Below, one piece after another: positions 41,168 through 55,549 of a stretch of 64,000 nt of DNA. Position 1 is the stretch's first letter. Every line of letters begins with the position of its first letter. This DNA is from Amoebidium appalachense. Taxonomy: Eukaryota; Protista; Ichthyosporea. The translations under genes and the position numbers were made by a program. Below the pieces are notes generated by a model, which saw nothing but the letters and a program-made list of their open reading frames with translations, did not search any database and had not been told where the DNA came from. The stretch is from contig CAVNZM010000006.1 in the NCBI GenBank assembly GCA_963693365.1, forward strand, positions 6,861,264 to 6,925,263. Direction: 5' to 3'.

Positions 41168-41776
41168 TCCCCCCAATCATTATGCATTATTATGCATACG
41201 CTTGGTGTGTGGTTTGCACTCTGCTTTGCATTGTCCGTTGTGATTGTGTACTTTACTCTATGGAGCATTCACCCCCCACCCCACCCCCACCCCACCCCCC
41301 TCCCCCCATCACTCCCCCTCCCCCTTTCACACACACATAAACACATGCCAACATCACAAGTGCGAATCAATACGCAAACACATCACCTGCCAATCACCCA
41401 CACTGATGTATATCTTTCTCCCCCCCAGCCACGATGAGCGGCTACACCCCTTTGAGGACATCCTCTTGCTGTGTGGGCTGCAGATGGCTAAAGCCCTGGC
41501 CTGCCTGCAGAGAGAGGGGGTTGTGCACAGAAACATAACGGCTGCAAGTGTGCTGGTGCGCATCACAGGGGGTACGTGCCCGTGCAGAGAGTTGACAGGT
41601 TGGGTGCCCGTGCATGCACAGACAAGCTTGGCTCACAAAGGGCACCTATGCACAAACACGTGTGTGTAGACAGATGTGTGTGTGTGTGTGTAGACAGATG
41701 TGTGTGTGTGTGTGTAGTGGTGGTGGTTGGGGGGGGGGAGAGGGGGGGAAGAGCAGAATACGAGGGGAAGAGATAG

Positions 41777-41825
<49 letters not shown>

Positions 41826-42185
41826 ACGCGTGCGCGCGCGTGCGCGAGCCTGTGAGTGAGATCGATAGAGATGGTACATAGCTCAGAAAACCAGAGAGAG
41901 ACACAAGAATGCCCCTAACCCCTTCCCCCCCCTCCCCCCCCCCCGCCCCGCACCCCTCCCCACCTTCCCCCCCCCCCCCTCTTCCCCCCCCCCCCCCCCT
42001 CCACCCACCCCCACCCACCCCACACACACACCCACACACACAGGAGACTTCTGCTTCAAGCTGGGAGGTTTTGGTCTTGCCGTGGCCCAGCCAAGGGTAC
42101 AGGAGCAATTGGATGTCACGGTGGACGGTGTGGCCCCTCTCCCTCCTCTTCCCACTGCACCATGCATTCACCTTGGCCCTTCCCT

Positions 42186-42217
<32 letters not shown>

Positions 42218-42989
42218 CCCCCCCTCTCCCCCCCCCCTTCCCCCCCAACCCATCCCCCCAGCACCCACACACATACACCACCACCACAAACACCACACCT
42301 CCACTCCTCCTCTCTCGGCCCCTGCCTAAACTCGGACATTTGCTAAGCACCAGAGACCCTCCCCTGAGTATGGGCTCCACCTAGGCTGAACCCTTTGTTC
42401 GTTTTACCCTGCATTCGTCATACATGGGTTTTGTGCTCCGTTGTGTGCACCTCATTCGGATATCACTCTTGTCGCCCCTTTACCCCCCCCCACACCCCCT
42501 TCCCCTTCCCCTCCCCTCCCCTCTCCCCCCCCCCCCCCCCCCCCCATCTCTCCCCTATCCACCTATCCACACACCCACACACCCTCTATACCCTTCCCCC
42601 GCCCACCCACATCCCCTTTCCCCAGTCCACCCACCCACCCACAAACACACTCACACACCCGCCCAAAACCCACCTCAAATCCCTCCCCCCCCCCCCCCCC
42701 CCCCCCCCTCCCCCGGTCCACTGCAGGGCTGCCTGTGCGGTGGTGGTCACCTGAGAGCATTGTGCATGGGGTGTATGATAGTCCCAGTGACGTCTATATG
42801 TTGGGCACTATGCTCTGGGAGCTGGCTAGTGGTGCACGCCCACCATACGAACCCATGAGCCAGGTAGGCGGCTTGGGTGATCTCTCAGTGGCCATATGTC
42901 TGTTTGAGTGGGTTGGGGTGTAAGGTTGGAAGGCATCACTTGGCGCTACGGCAGGATCAAAGGATAGGCTAAGCAGCCAGGCCCTATCC

Positions 42990-43049
<60 letters not shown>

Positions 43050-43878
43050 GTTCCAGAAGTGGAAGCAAGTAACGTGTGTGCACATTGCAGGGGAGTTGCA
43101 TAGAGTGTGTATTGTGGGGGTGGCTATGTAGGCCTTGCTGTGGTTGTATGTCACACCGTAATGAGCAGAAGGTGGCACGCAGGCACACAGCATGTTGTCC
43201 ATGTTTAGAAAAAAACTAAAAGGTATGTGCACACAGTGTTTTGCCCATGTGCACACAGTATGTTGTCCGTGTGCACGCAGTATTTTGTCCACACACAGTA
43301 TTCTTCCATGTGCACACAGTGTTTTGTCCATGTGCACACAGTATTTTCCATGTGCACACAGTATTTTTCCATGTGCGCACAGTGTTTTGTCCATGTGCAC
43401 ACAGTATTTTTCCATGTGCACACAGTGTTTTGAACATGTGTGCACAGTGTTTTGTCCATGTGCACACAGTGTTTTGTCCATGTGCACACAGTGTTTTGTC
43501 CATGTGCACACAGTGTTTTGTCCATGTGCACACAGTACAAATACTGACTGGGCCACAGGATGAAGCCGTAGCAGCCATTCGACAAGGCCAACGTTTGGAG
43601 GAGCCAATGCACATGCCCCGGGTTCGTTCTTGAACCCCCCCCCCCCCCCCCCCCCCCACTCTGTCCCCCTCTTACCCCCTGCGTTTCTTTGGCAAATGGG
43701 TAGCTGCCACAAAATTTGAACGTGCGAGTGTGGTGGTACTTGTGCGTGTGTTCCTGAGTTGTTGTTGCTGTTGTGTTCTGGCATGTTGCTGAGCACTTTC
43801 AGAGATCACTTTGTGTAGATGTGCTCACATGGGCCACCCTGCAAAGGTGTGTGGTTGCAGTCTTTTTTTTTTTTTTTT

Positions 43879-43932
<54 letters not shown>

Positions 43933-44887
43933 ATATGTGTGGCACCATATTGCTCTAAGGTGCTATGTGCACGTGGTTGCTGATGGGCTTTGCAGGTGCT
44001 GTGGCCATTGGTGGAGGCGTGCTGGAAGAGACCAGAACAGAGACCAGTGCCTAGTGACTTGGTGGTGGCCATGGCTAGGCTGTTTATCACCCATGCACGC
44101 ACGGCACAGGTGTGTGGCCTCATGCACACACGTGCACACAGACACATGCACACATGCACACACACACATGAACACACACAGGCACACACACACACATACA
44201 CACACACATGCATGCACATACACACATGCGCACACAGGCACACACACACACATACACACACACATGCACACAAACACAAACAGACACACACACACACACA
44301 CACACCATACACATGCACGCACACACACATACACACACACACACCCACGCACCACACGAACGCATGCACACAAACGCACGTCCACACACACACGGGCATG
44401 TGCACTAACACAGGCACACACACTAATGCAAAACATACCCGCACACACACACACGCAAACATAGACACGTATAGACGCTCACACAGAGTGATGCATACAC
44501 ATGCATACCCACACACACGCCTTAGATTGTTGGGGCAGATCCCGTTAACTCTAATCTCAGAGCACTGCTAGACATCTGCACATGCACACTCAAAGCACCC
44601 ATGCACCAACATACACATGAAGACACACCTCTCCTTTCCTTTCTCTTATGCCTACTAATTAGGCCATGCACCCCTCTGTGCATGCTGTGCGTGCGCCCAC
44701 CAATCCATGACACCTACTGACTGCTTGCCCACAGGATTGGGCACGCCAGAGGCCAAGGTGGCGGGCTAAACAGGTCGGTGACTCTGGGGGGCTATGGTGT
44801 GTGTGTGTGGTGGTGGTGGTGGTGGTGTTTGGGAAAAGGGGAGGGGGGGGGAGGGGGGGGGGGGGAAGGAGGGGGGAAGGGGGGGAA

Positions 44888-44918
<31 letters not shown>

Positions 44919-45190
44919 GGGGGAGAAGGAGGGGAGGGGGGAGGGGGACAGAAGTTGGTAAAGGGGGAAATGGGTGATTAGGGGTGGTGAGGTGCAGTGC
45001 AGGCTAAGTGACCACATGCATGCATGATGCATGCAAAGACTAGGTGTGTGTCGCCTCTCCCTGCATGATCTGTGTGGTGACATTTCTGGGTGGGCCTGCG
45101 GGTGGCATCAAGAAGGGAATCGGCGGTGGGGTGTTGCTTATGTTTGCAGCTCGTTTATCTTAATGGGTGGTAGTTTTGTGCTGCACTGGA

Positions 45191-45273
<83 letters not shown>

Positions 45274-45509
45274 CGTGTGTGCGTGTGTGTGTGTGCGTGT
45301 GTGTGCGTGTGTATGTGGTGTGTAGGAGGGCCGGGGGAGGGGGGGGGGAAGGGGGGAGGGAGGATCTCTCAGTGGTGAGCATGCCAGGGTGGAATCACTG
45401 ACCTATACGTGCCCCACAGAACATAGCGGCCCTAGCGTCCATGGCCATATCCCCAAAGTACAGCACACAGCCCGGCAGCATACGCAGCACCAGCACCATG
45501 GCACTCTGA
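33543..45509 (+). CDS. Single-pass receptor tyrosine kinase-like pseudokinase (multi-exon; extracellular exons only partly resolved)
   Basis: Signal-peptide-like [16 protein letters not shown] at 33543. TM helix [22 protein letters not shown] at about 36665-36735. Kinase exons: VACK (about 39890-39993), [11 protein letters not shown] (about 40494-40606), [11 protein letters not shown] (41526-41558), KLGGFGLA (about 42058-42081), TK-type [10 protein letters not shown] and SDVYMLG..LWE (42727-42863), CW...EQRP (about 43996-44110). Stop TGA 45507-45509. Confidence 0.75.
36981..37528. mobile_element. Possible degenerate non-autonomous piggyBac-type MITE (about 550 bp) in an RTK intron
   Basis: AT-rich, microsatellite-free block bounded by TTAA|CCTGTTCAGTTCCG and CGGTCCTCTAGAGG|TTAC. 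These are imperfect terminal inverted repeats with a TTAA-like target site. Confidence 0.35.
38131..38215. repeat. 14-bp tandem repeat (TGATTGGTGCATGC) x6
   Basis: Directly visible. Confidence 0.95.
38918..39012 (+). repeat. Dispersed intronic element of about 100 nt, degenerate copy 3 (RTK intron)
   Basis: GGACATGGGCCCTC...TATGATGCATACTCTATG...ATTGTGTTGTC...AATGTGAACTTTG aligns loosely to the consensus. Confidence 0.5.
41183..41271 (+). repeat. Dispersed intronic element of about 100 nt, 5'-truncated copy 4 (RTK intron)
   Basis: TTATTATGCATACGCTTGGTGTGTGGTTTGCACTCTGCTTTGCATTGTCCGTTGTGATTGTGTACTTTACTCTATGGAGCATTCA, then a C-run. Confidence 0.85.
43225..43535. repeat. Intronic minisatellite of about 22 bp (TGTGCACACAGTGTTTTGTCCA)n
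   Basis: About 14 tandem copies visible. Confidence 0.95.
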
Positions 45510-45622
45510 GCCACCACGTGGTGCACATGTGCCACACCTTCCAGTCGCTTTCAGCAGGCGGAAGAACGTTGGCTGTGGTGGAAAGAAATGGACGGGGATG
45601 TGTCTGCAAACGAATTACGCGT

Positions 45623-45700
<78 letters not shown>

Positions 45701-45866
45701 TGAGGCTGTCAGAGCAGTGGGTGGGCCTGTGTATGATGTTTTTTGTTCAAACACTTCAGTTTTTGAATTTTTGCCTTGAGTGGTTTGGCACAAGAGGGAG
45801 GGGAAGGGAGGGGGGGGGGGAGGGGGAGAAGGGGGCTGGGGGGGGGGGGGGGGGGGGGGGGGGGGG

Positions 45867-45902
<36 letters not shown>

Positions 45903-48900
45903 GGTATTGGTTTTTATATGCATTTTTATTGACCGTCAATTTTTGCATGGGGTGGATGAAATGTCGGACTGTACAGCGTCTTCTTTGATTTATACGTGGT
46001 GAGGATGATCATAGAGCACCTTGATGTGTAAAGAAATTAGATGATGAGGGGGTGTACTGGACAACCCTCGGCCTTGCTGTAGATGTGTGCGTGTACATAT
46101 CCGATTGCAGATACGTGTTCCCTTCATGGTTGGTTTTATAGCGGCCTGCCTTATTGGCCACAGCCTTTCCAACAGGGCGACTTTCTGCTTTATTAGGAAA
46201 TATCCACCCCCATGAAGGAAGGTTCGCTCTCTGTCTTATAAGGAAATGACCACGGCCATTAAAGCAGTATGATTCTCTGAATTATTGGGATGTGGCCCGG
46301 TGATTGCCATTAAAGCACTCTCTCTGCCCTAGTTAAGATGTGGTTACTGCCATAGAAGCAGTTGTGTCATTGCCTTATTAGGACACGACCAGGGCCCATG
46401 AATCAGATTGACCAAATAAGGACTTGCATGGCCACGGCTGGCTCTCTGATTGGTGGGATAGCAAGTCCATAACGCCATATCGGATTGAAAGGCTTCCTTT
46501 CCCCATGATGTATATATGCCCCCCCCCCCCCCTCCCCCCCTCCCCCCTCCCCTCCCCCCTTCCCCCTCTCTTTCCCCCTTTCCCCCCCCCCCCCCCCCCC
46601 CCCTCCCCCTACTCCCCCCCCCCCCCCCCCCCCCCCAGGCTGGCCGCGCTGCACCCATGGCCCCCACCACTGGCCCCCTGCCCCTTCAGATCTACCCTCA
46701 CAGGTACCCCTAGCTCTAGCAGCTAGGGCAGGCACATGCCCCGGTCTTTCAAGATGGTGGTGTCCAGTCACAGCCCATGGAATTATAACCCTGTGGCTGT
46801 GCGTGCCGTGCCAGGGCCATCCACGACATACGAGGGCAAAATAGTGGCCTGCGGTTCGGAAAAAATCGCCACTGCATACTTCAGTGCCAATATGAATATA
46901 GAGCATCCCTGCCTCCGGGTCTACTCACCCCGGGCCATTGTGAGATGAATGTGAGATGGTACCGTGGTCGGGGATGTGAGGTGTGAGTAGGTTGGACACT
47001 TGGGCCAAGTACACGGTTCAGGTGCATCTTTCATAGTGCAGTCGTGTGAGGCCCTTGCTGTGGTTCCACACCCTCTCGTACTCAGACTGTGACCATGCGG
47101 TCCTCAATCTGTCTGAGAGTGTGGCCGCATGCGCACTGGGTATTTATACCTCACGTGCAACCACTAATTGATCAGCAATTAGGCACTCGTATGATAGATC
47201 CACACACTCGCAAGCGGCCCGGCACTACGTGCGGGGCCGTCTTACATTCCCCCTCCCTTGGGTCAAACAAAGGAGTTTAGTTTTATAAAACTAAGGGACC
47301 TGCTTGATGGTCATGTTTGTTTGGATAAGACACTGACTGCGGTGTAAGAGGTTGACACCGATAAAAGGTGAATGGGAGCCGGGAACCAACCTAGAACCGG
47401 ACCCTTTCAGTGTTTAAACCAAGAGCATTCGGCAGTACTTTTTTTCGTTATTGTTTTTTTTGTTTCATTTCTGCCTGGTTGGTCGATACAAACACTGCCC
47501 ACGGCCAAATGTGGGGTTTTCAACCTTTGCGCAGGTCGAGGGCAAGGAGGCCAAATAGACACAAAAACCACACGTGTTTTGTGCATGCAGGAGCTGGAAA
47601 TACCGTGGTGTGTTTCAGCTCAGAGTCTGTGCACTTGAGCATACACTAATAGGTATGATATCACTGTTCATGCAAAATAACATGTTGTGTGTTCGGTTTT
47701 CGTTTTGTCTGTGAAACAACCAATAATTCCTGGCACAACCAACTGCTTGACCTCAGTGGCGGAGTGTATGGTGTATTATTATTCGGCTCCGAGTAAGAAC
47801 TATTCTCGGAGGGTTTCTGTGGGTGTAGTGGATGTGTGTGTGTGTGTGGGGAGGGGGGGGGAGACGGGGGGGGGGTGCAGGGGGAGGAGGGGGAGGGAGG
47901 GAAGGGGAGGGGGGGGGGGGGGGGGGGGGCTGGTGGGGGATGATTTAAGGACCACGACTCTTGGGCAATGCAACATTGTGAGGATGCATGCAGTCAGGCA
48001 GACAAAGGAAGCTCAGTTATAGTGCAGACCGAGGTGAATGGAGCATAATCACAATCCGGCGGAAAGTATTTGGGCCCACCAAGTAGGGTTTGCGATACAT
48101 GTGTGTGTGCACGTGTGTGTATGCCAATGACATGATGACGTGCGCGCGCACGCGCGCGCGCGCGCACGCGTGTGTGTGTGTGTGTGTGCCCGCATGCGCA
48201 CGCATGTGTGTGCGCCCGTTTGGCACTGTGCCAGTGTGTGTGTGTGTGTGTGTGTGTGTGTCATTCTACGTTCTGCAGGCTGGCTTTTCGCCTTTCCGAA
48301 GTATAGTGATGAGTAGCAACTCCTACTCAGATAATAGTCCTGTTTACAGTGTATGAGTTATGATTTCTACCCTGTATGTGTGACATACAGTGGCCACTGT
48401 TGAACAGTACTGTGGTTTTGGCTGCGCAGGTGTCTGATGATACACTGATTACCACGTGATTTGTTTTTCAAATATCCTGTATGTATTGGATTAGTTGCTG
48501 GTGGAAATTCACTGCACCCATGGACAGGTGGTACCTTCTGGCAGTGCACCTCTGAATTCCCTGTGTACCCTCTGCAAACGGTGTCACAGTGCGGCGCACT
48601 TGCCCATATTTGGCAAGAGGATCAGATCTGCAAATGGGTTGCATTTGAAGGCTCCGGGGGTAAGCCTTGGGTGGGCTGATTTGCGTAAAACTTGCACAAC
48701 AACCCCTTGCGTTGATAAAGAGACCCACCCACCCAAGGCTTGCCCCTGATCAGCTGCAGTTAATAATTATCCCCCTTTTTTATCCTCAGCGATCTGGCGA
48801 ACTATGTAGTGAAAACGCAAAAATTTATGAAGGGAACCGCGGTCCCAATTAAATGGCTCGAAGTTTTTTAGGGATTCTCGGGGCGAATTAGATCATTGGT

Positions 48901-49557
48901 TCCCTGACCCGTCCCGGCGTTACATATCACTATTTGGCCCAATCGGACCCTCAGGGTCCCTCCGAGGAACTACCGTCTTCCACCCAGCACCCGGACTACT
49001 CTACTCTATTAGACTAGGGTTCTATGGTGCCATCAGCTAGGCTAACACCATTACCAATCCACATTCTTCGTACACACTTAGTTCAGGGTTTTTGCCCTAG
49101 CCTTGCCGGTGGGTAGAGCTAGGCAGTTATCCCCGTCCAGGCTACTGCTGCAGTACCGTACCTCGAGCTCCACAGAGCCTCGGGGTGTTGCTGCTAGGGG
49201 GGGTGTGTGTGGGGGGGGATCTGCAGAGAAATAGGGATTGAGGGGGGCGGGGAGGGGAAGGGGGGGGGGGGGGGGGGGGGGGAAGGTGATGGGCAAAAGG
49301 GGGAGACAGAACGTTGTGTTGATTGCGCAGATCATATCACGATCATGAGTGGCTCTAGCATACAGTGAGTGAGCACTGACGTCAATGTACATGTGTGTGC
49401 ATGCCCACGCGTGTGTGTTTGTCTACAGCCGAACAGTGTGCTCCATTAGGGATTTTTGAATTTAAAAAATGGGGGATGGACAGGTATGACAATGGGCAGT
49501 GGTAAACATCGACGTCCCCCCTGGCAGTGCCTTGCCACTGGTTGTCTTTTTTTTTCT

Positions 49558-49602
<45 letters not shown>

Positions 49603-49723
49603 GGGGGGCATACCTCCTCTGCAGGGTGTGTGCCCCCCCCCCCCCCCCCCCCCCAAGGTAGCCACAGGGGTGGGTAGATGGGGGAGGGACCCACCTACCT
49701 GCAGTGGGCCGGTGGAGTGGGGG

Positions 49724-49758
<35 letters not shown>

Positions 49759-49947
49759 CCCTCACCCCCACCCCCACCCCCATGCACCCCCCTAGGCCTG
49801 CGCGTGTGTGCGCGTGATGGCTGTTAACATCAGATTTTCCTTCACGTGCACCCACCAAAGGCTGTATGCATTCATTACGGCTGCGGTCAAAGGTGGGGGA
49901 AGAAGGGGGGGGAGGGGGAGCTCGAGGGGGCCCACCTGTCCAAGCTT

Positions 49948-49988
<41 letters not shown>

Positions 49989-50349
49989 ACCGGTGTTGCT
50001 GCCCCAGCAAAGTTACTGCCCCCCTCCACCGGAATCAATAAACTTCGAATTCGAGACGCATGACATTCATGTCCATGCCTGCATGTCTGCGTCTTAGACT
50101 AGAAATATGACTAATATTAGTAGTGTAACTAGTAGTGTTGGTGATCAGATGCGACATTTATTATCATGTGTGCGCGTTTGAATCTGCGTGCCGAATGTGT
50201 CTGCTGGTCCGAGTGCGGGCGGGTGGCACGTGTGGCGTTTGCATGTTGTGTGTGTGGCAACGTGTAAAATGATTGCAAGTGTCTGTGCCACTCGGCGAGA
50301 CTCGGGACATTTAATGTGTGTGCGCGTGCGTGACATAGACTAAGTCAGG

Positions 50350-51265
<916 letters not shown>

Positions 51266-53909
51266 GTGGGTGCCACAGTGTCAGTGTGTACGTGCGAGTA
51301 TGTGCGCGACACGTACGCGTGTGCCAGCCGATGGCCATGACTCGGAGTTGTCCGGATCCGGCTGTCCGAAGATCCTCACACATAATTTCACACCCTGACG
51401 TCATTCGAGTCACATCGACTCAGTTGACTCTGAGTCGATGCTGCCAGCAATTCAGGCGCAGGCACCAAGGCCAACACTACATACATACCTACAGAGTACA
51501 GACACATGTAACAAGAGAAGAGGCAAAGCCCTATATACAAGATCAATATCATTCATTGGAACAGTGTGGTAGAATTCGCACGACTAGAGGACGGTCCCGC
51601 TGATCGAGTCGGATATCATCGATATCGATCTCGGGGATCCCGATTCCCGAAGCCTACATTATTATAGCTTGGGAGCTTAACAAATGCCCAAAAAAAAATT
51701 TTATGCGGAAAAATGCACATTTTTCCAGCTCCAACGGGAGCTAAAAAAATAATCCCCTGGAACGGTTGACCCACTAAAGGTGGCCACGGCCCACGGGCCA
51801 CGACTAAGCATGGACTCGTTGTGTTCACGGCACGTGCATGCCAGCAGCCAATCATGCTTGTCTGGTTGCCGGGGCCAACGTCATGGGCCGCACGCACATT
51901 CCAACCGCTCCTTATTCAGTGCTGGGGCCCAATGACGCGTATCGGCCGCACAGCGTGCATCGCGCCAATCAGCGCCGCGCACGCTTATCCCAAAAACAAA
52001 AGATGGGCAAAACGGTGTGACATGTAGCACTGGAACTGCGGTATGCTACCGCTGCTAACCGTGCATAATCGTTTTCATATACATGAATATAAAAAATTAT
52101 AATCTTTATCAATCAAAAAATCAAGAGATAAATTTCTTCTTCGTTGGTTACATCTTTAATATCGAGCCTTGGGGCCGGGGCTGAGGGCTCCTGCGCGGCG
52201 GGGATAGATCTGTGTACCGTGTGAGCCTCTTGAACGATCTCGGCAACTTGGCTCGCGATTCCGCCAACCTGCGAGAAGTCGACAGGTGGATCTGGACAGA
52301 AACTGGTGCGTATAAGTAGGAAAAACACGAAATAGTCGTTTTGATGTTTTAATTGTGTAATAACTACTTTACTTGGCGCATTGCATTATGCGATGCTTTT
52401 CCAAAAGACATATAAGTGATAGCAGTGGCATGCACTTCGGCCGTTTTTATCACATGATTCGAAGAAAGAAACAAAGTTTTAGAGGTTTTGACTCAATTTC
52501 TACCAATCATTTGAAGGCCTGGCCTCGTCCGTTTTAGATTCGTGACCTGTAGCAAACGAAAATGTGGTACTTCTGCAGATCTTGTGATAACGCGGAGGCA
52601 ATTGGCAAAAGCTTGGGTGCTTAGAGGGGTACTTGTGGCTGCACGTTGCCTTCGTCAACCGATCAATAAAACCGAGTCAGAAGGGGTACTGTACAGGTGG
52701 CTCCAATGAGAAAGCAGATAAGTCACCTCATATAAATCAATCTGTTTGACTATAGTTATGATATTTTCTTTTTAAACAGTCTAAAAGGCATTATAAATCT
52801 TTAACTACCGAAAATTGAAAAAAATCAGCGTTATCTGTCCTTTTATAGATAAAGTAGCAGAAATACATGATTGGAATTTACTTGTATCGTTGAACCCCAT
52901 GTCCTAGGGTGACCTGCCAGTGCCAACCGACGGAACACGGCTACAGGGTTCATTCACGGCTCCATTATCGGTGGTTTTTTATTTTAATATATAAACGACT
53001 ATTATTGGCATGAATATAAACAAAATATGCCTATTTACCCCTACTGAAAATCTCTCCACCCAAGCAGCATGAACCATTGGGCGGTGTGAATCAGCGATAT
53101 CAGAACTATTTGCCGGAGCACCAGCCAATGGAAATGAGGCGGGCCGGGGACAATCTTGGCGGGTGAGCGTTCAATCGGACGTGCTAACGCTATGCCGCAG
53201 TTGCCAGCCAAGTGAGTTGAATCTGTGTGTTGCTCTGACGGTCAGCGTTTGATGGGTTCCAAACACTTCTATACCTCAAGGCCTGTGTGTAGTTTATGCT
53301 TGTGTGTATTTAAAAAACAGCAGGCGTCACTTTTTTTTAACTTTTTGAGAGCCAATAAACATACACGCAACTATTCACAGAGGTTGAACAGTCAGGAGCA
53401 AGTTGCGTCAGCTTTTGGGAAAGCTTTTCTTACAGTCACACAGGGTAAATGTAATTACCGTCATTTGTTACACGTCACGCACGGTAGCTTTTTGTTTTTC
53501 TCCTTCGTGGCTAGATGACACAGTGGCAATACATGCCAAGCAAATCTTTGGGGTCAAACAAACAGTCAGATAGCGAGTTTGGTGACGAAAGAGCACCAGA
53601 GTACTGCTAAGCCTCCACACAGGGATTCTGAGTCAGTGCACGTTACAAGGCCACGTCACTGTATACAACTTGAAAGGTAAGACTCTATGTGCTATGGAGA
53701 CGTCGACAAGGTAGATTTATGGCTCTTATGTGCTTTATGGCTCTTGTGTTTGAGAACATTGTGGATAGGAGGTTGCACATGCAGTGGAATTAGGTGATGG
53801 ATTGTTAAAAATCGTCCTGTGTACATGTGTCTTGAATTCTTGTTGGTTGCCCAAGGAGCCCAGTGCTAGGCCTGTGTCGTGGGGTGCTGATTGAATCGTG
53901 CTGGCCAGA

Positions 53910-55549
53910 ATGGCGGACAGCGACGAAAAGGGCGTCACGGTGGACAGTGCGCTGCTGGACTCCAAGGGCCGTTTGCGCAACCTGCAGTGCCCACGGCCCG
54001 GCTGTGGCCGCCTGTATTCGTCAGAAAGGTGAGGCCTGTTGCTGGTGCAGACCCCTCCTTGTGCTTTTTGGTGGTGCTTGAAGAGACGCCAGCAGTCACT
54101 CCCTCTAGTTTTATAACTTTGTTTGTCTTTTTCCACGTGTGCTATGCGCTGACCGTGTGTGGCTGCAGTGCGCTGCGCAACCATATCCGGCTCAAACACC
54201 CCTTCCAGGGCCTCAAGCCCAAGCGCACGGCCACAGAAGGGGCGCGCAGGGGGTCGACAGGCAGTGTGGGCATGCCCGACAACTGGCGCTACACGGCCAC
54301 CCGCTGGCCTGTGCAGCTGCCGGCCCAGGGCAAGCAGGACCCAAAGTCCATCGTCTTACAGCCTCCCCTGCTGGCCCCACGCCGGGCGTCCGGGGGCGAT
54401 GCTGCCCCAATGGTGGGACAACAATATGCGGCACCCAAGGCCGAGTGGGAGGGGGCACCGTACCACCCCGACAAGGTGCACTACGACCCCCACAGTGTGG
54501 CCCGGCAGGAGAGCACGGCCAGCAGCCAGTGGAGTGCCTGGGACGAGCAGCAGCAGTATGGCCCCCCAGCCCAGCCCCAAGGTGTGTATGTGTGCGTGTG
54601 TCTGTGTTTGCGTGTCTGTGCACGTGCTCGGTGTGTGTGTGCAGGGTACATACTTACTTGGTTGCCTCCAGCCCCCCCAGGGCCGCCCACGCAGTACGTG
54701 CAGATGGTGCTGCCACCCCCCCAGGCCTATCCCGAGCCTGGCCACTACCACAGCCAGCCAGTGCAGCAGCACCAGGGTCCCCCTCCAGGTGGGTTGCAGC
54801 CACTGTGTACACCCTGTGGTGCTGTCACTGGCAAATCTTTTTGTTATTTGCTTCCTGATCATGAGCAGCAGGATGATCCATATGGATGGTGTTTATTTGG
54901 TGGCAATCAGCATGATGGCCCCATCAGCACGATGGCCCCATCAGCATGATGGCCCCATCAGCATGATGGCCTGTTAGTTGGCATTTAGTGGTTAAGCTTG
55001 CATTCACACAGCCAATATTTTCACCAGTCATCTGAACTCTATCCTGCTAGGCTGGCTTGGCTTGCCTAACTGACCTCATACCCCCCTACAGGTGAGTGGG
55101 CACACGAGCAACACCAGCAGGCCTATGCGCCCCAACCACCGCAACCCGAGCCCCACCGCCCTGCCTACACGCCATTCCACCCGTGGGAGGACAGGCCCCG
55201 GCCAGCCACCCCACCAGTGGAAATGGGCTATGCACCGCGATACGTGCAGCAGCAGCCCCCCATGCAGTATGCAGCCCCGGGCCACCATGCCGGCTGTGTG
55301 TGCCCCTACTGCCAGCACCCACCACCCCCCCAGCACATGCACCACCCACCCCCCGAGCAGGGCCCACCACCCCCGGGCTATACGGGCCATCACGCGCAGT
55401 GCCCATGCAGTGGCTGTGCCCAGTGGCAGCACAGATACCCCCAACACTACCAGCCACCACCACCCCACGAGGGCTACCACTATGCATGGGGCCAACAGGG
55501 CCAGCAGTGGGAGCAGCAGCCCCCCCCGGTGCCGGTCACCGGCCAGTAG
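53910..55549 (+). CDS. Single C2H2 zinc-finger protein with a long Pro/Gln/Tyr/His-rich low-complexity C-terminus, about 4 coding exons
   Basis: Splicing about 54028 to 54168 restores CPRPGCGRLYSSESALRNHIRLKH. Further in-phase exons (about 54672-54788 and 55092-55549) encode PQ/Y-rich sequence ending at TAG 55549. An optional upstream in-frame micro-exon METSTR starts at 53694. Confidence 0.75.

Noticed and set aside
53891-54949. 352-aa ORF as a single-exon gene
   Set aside because: It reads through introns. The zinc finger forms only after splicing from another frame at about 54028/54168.
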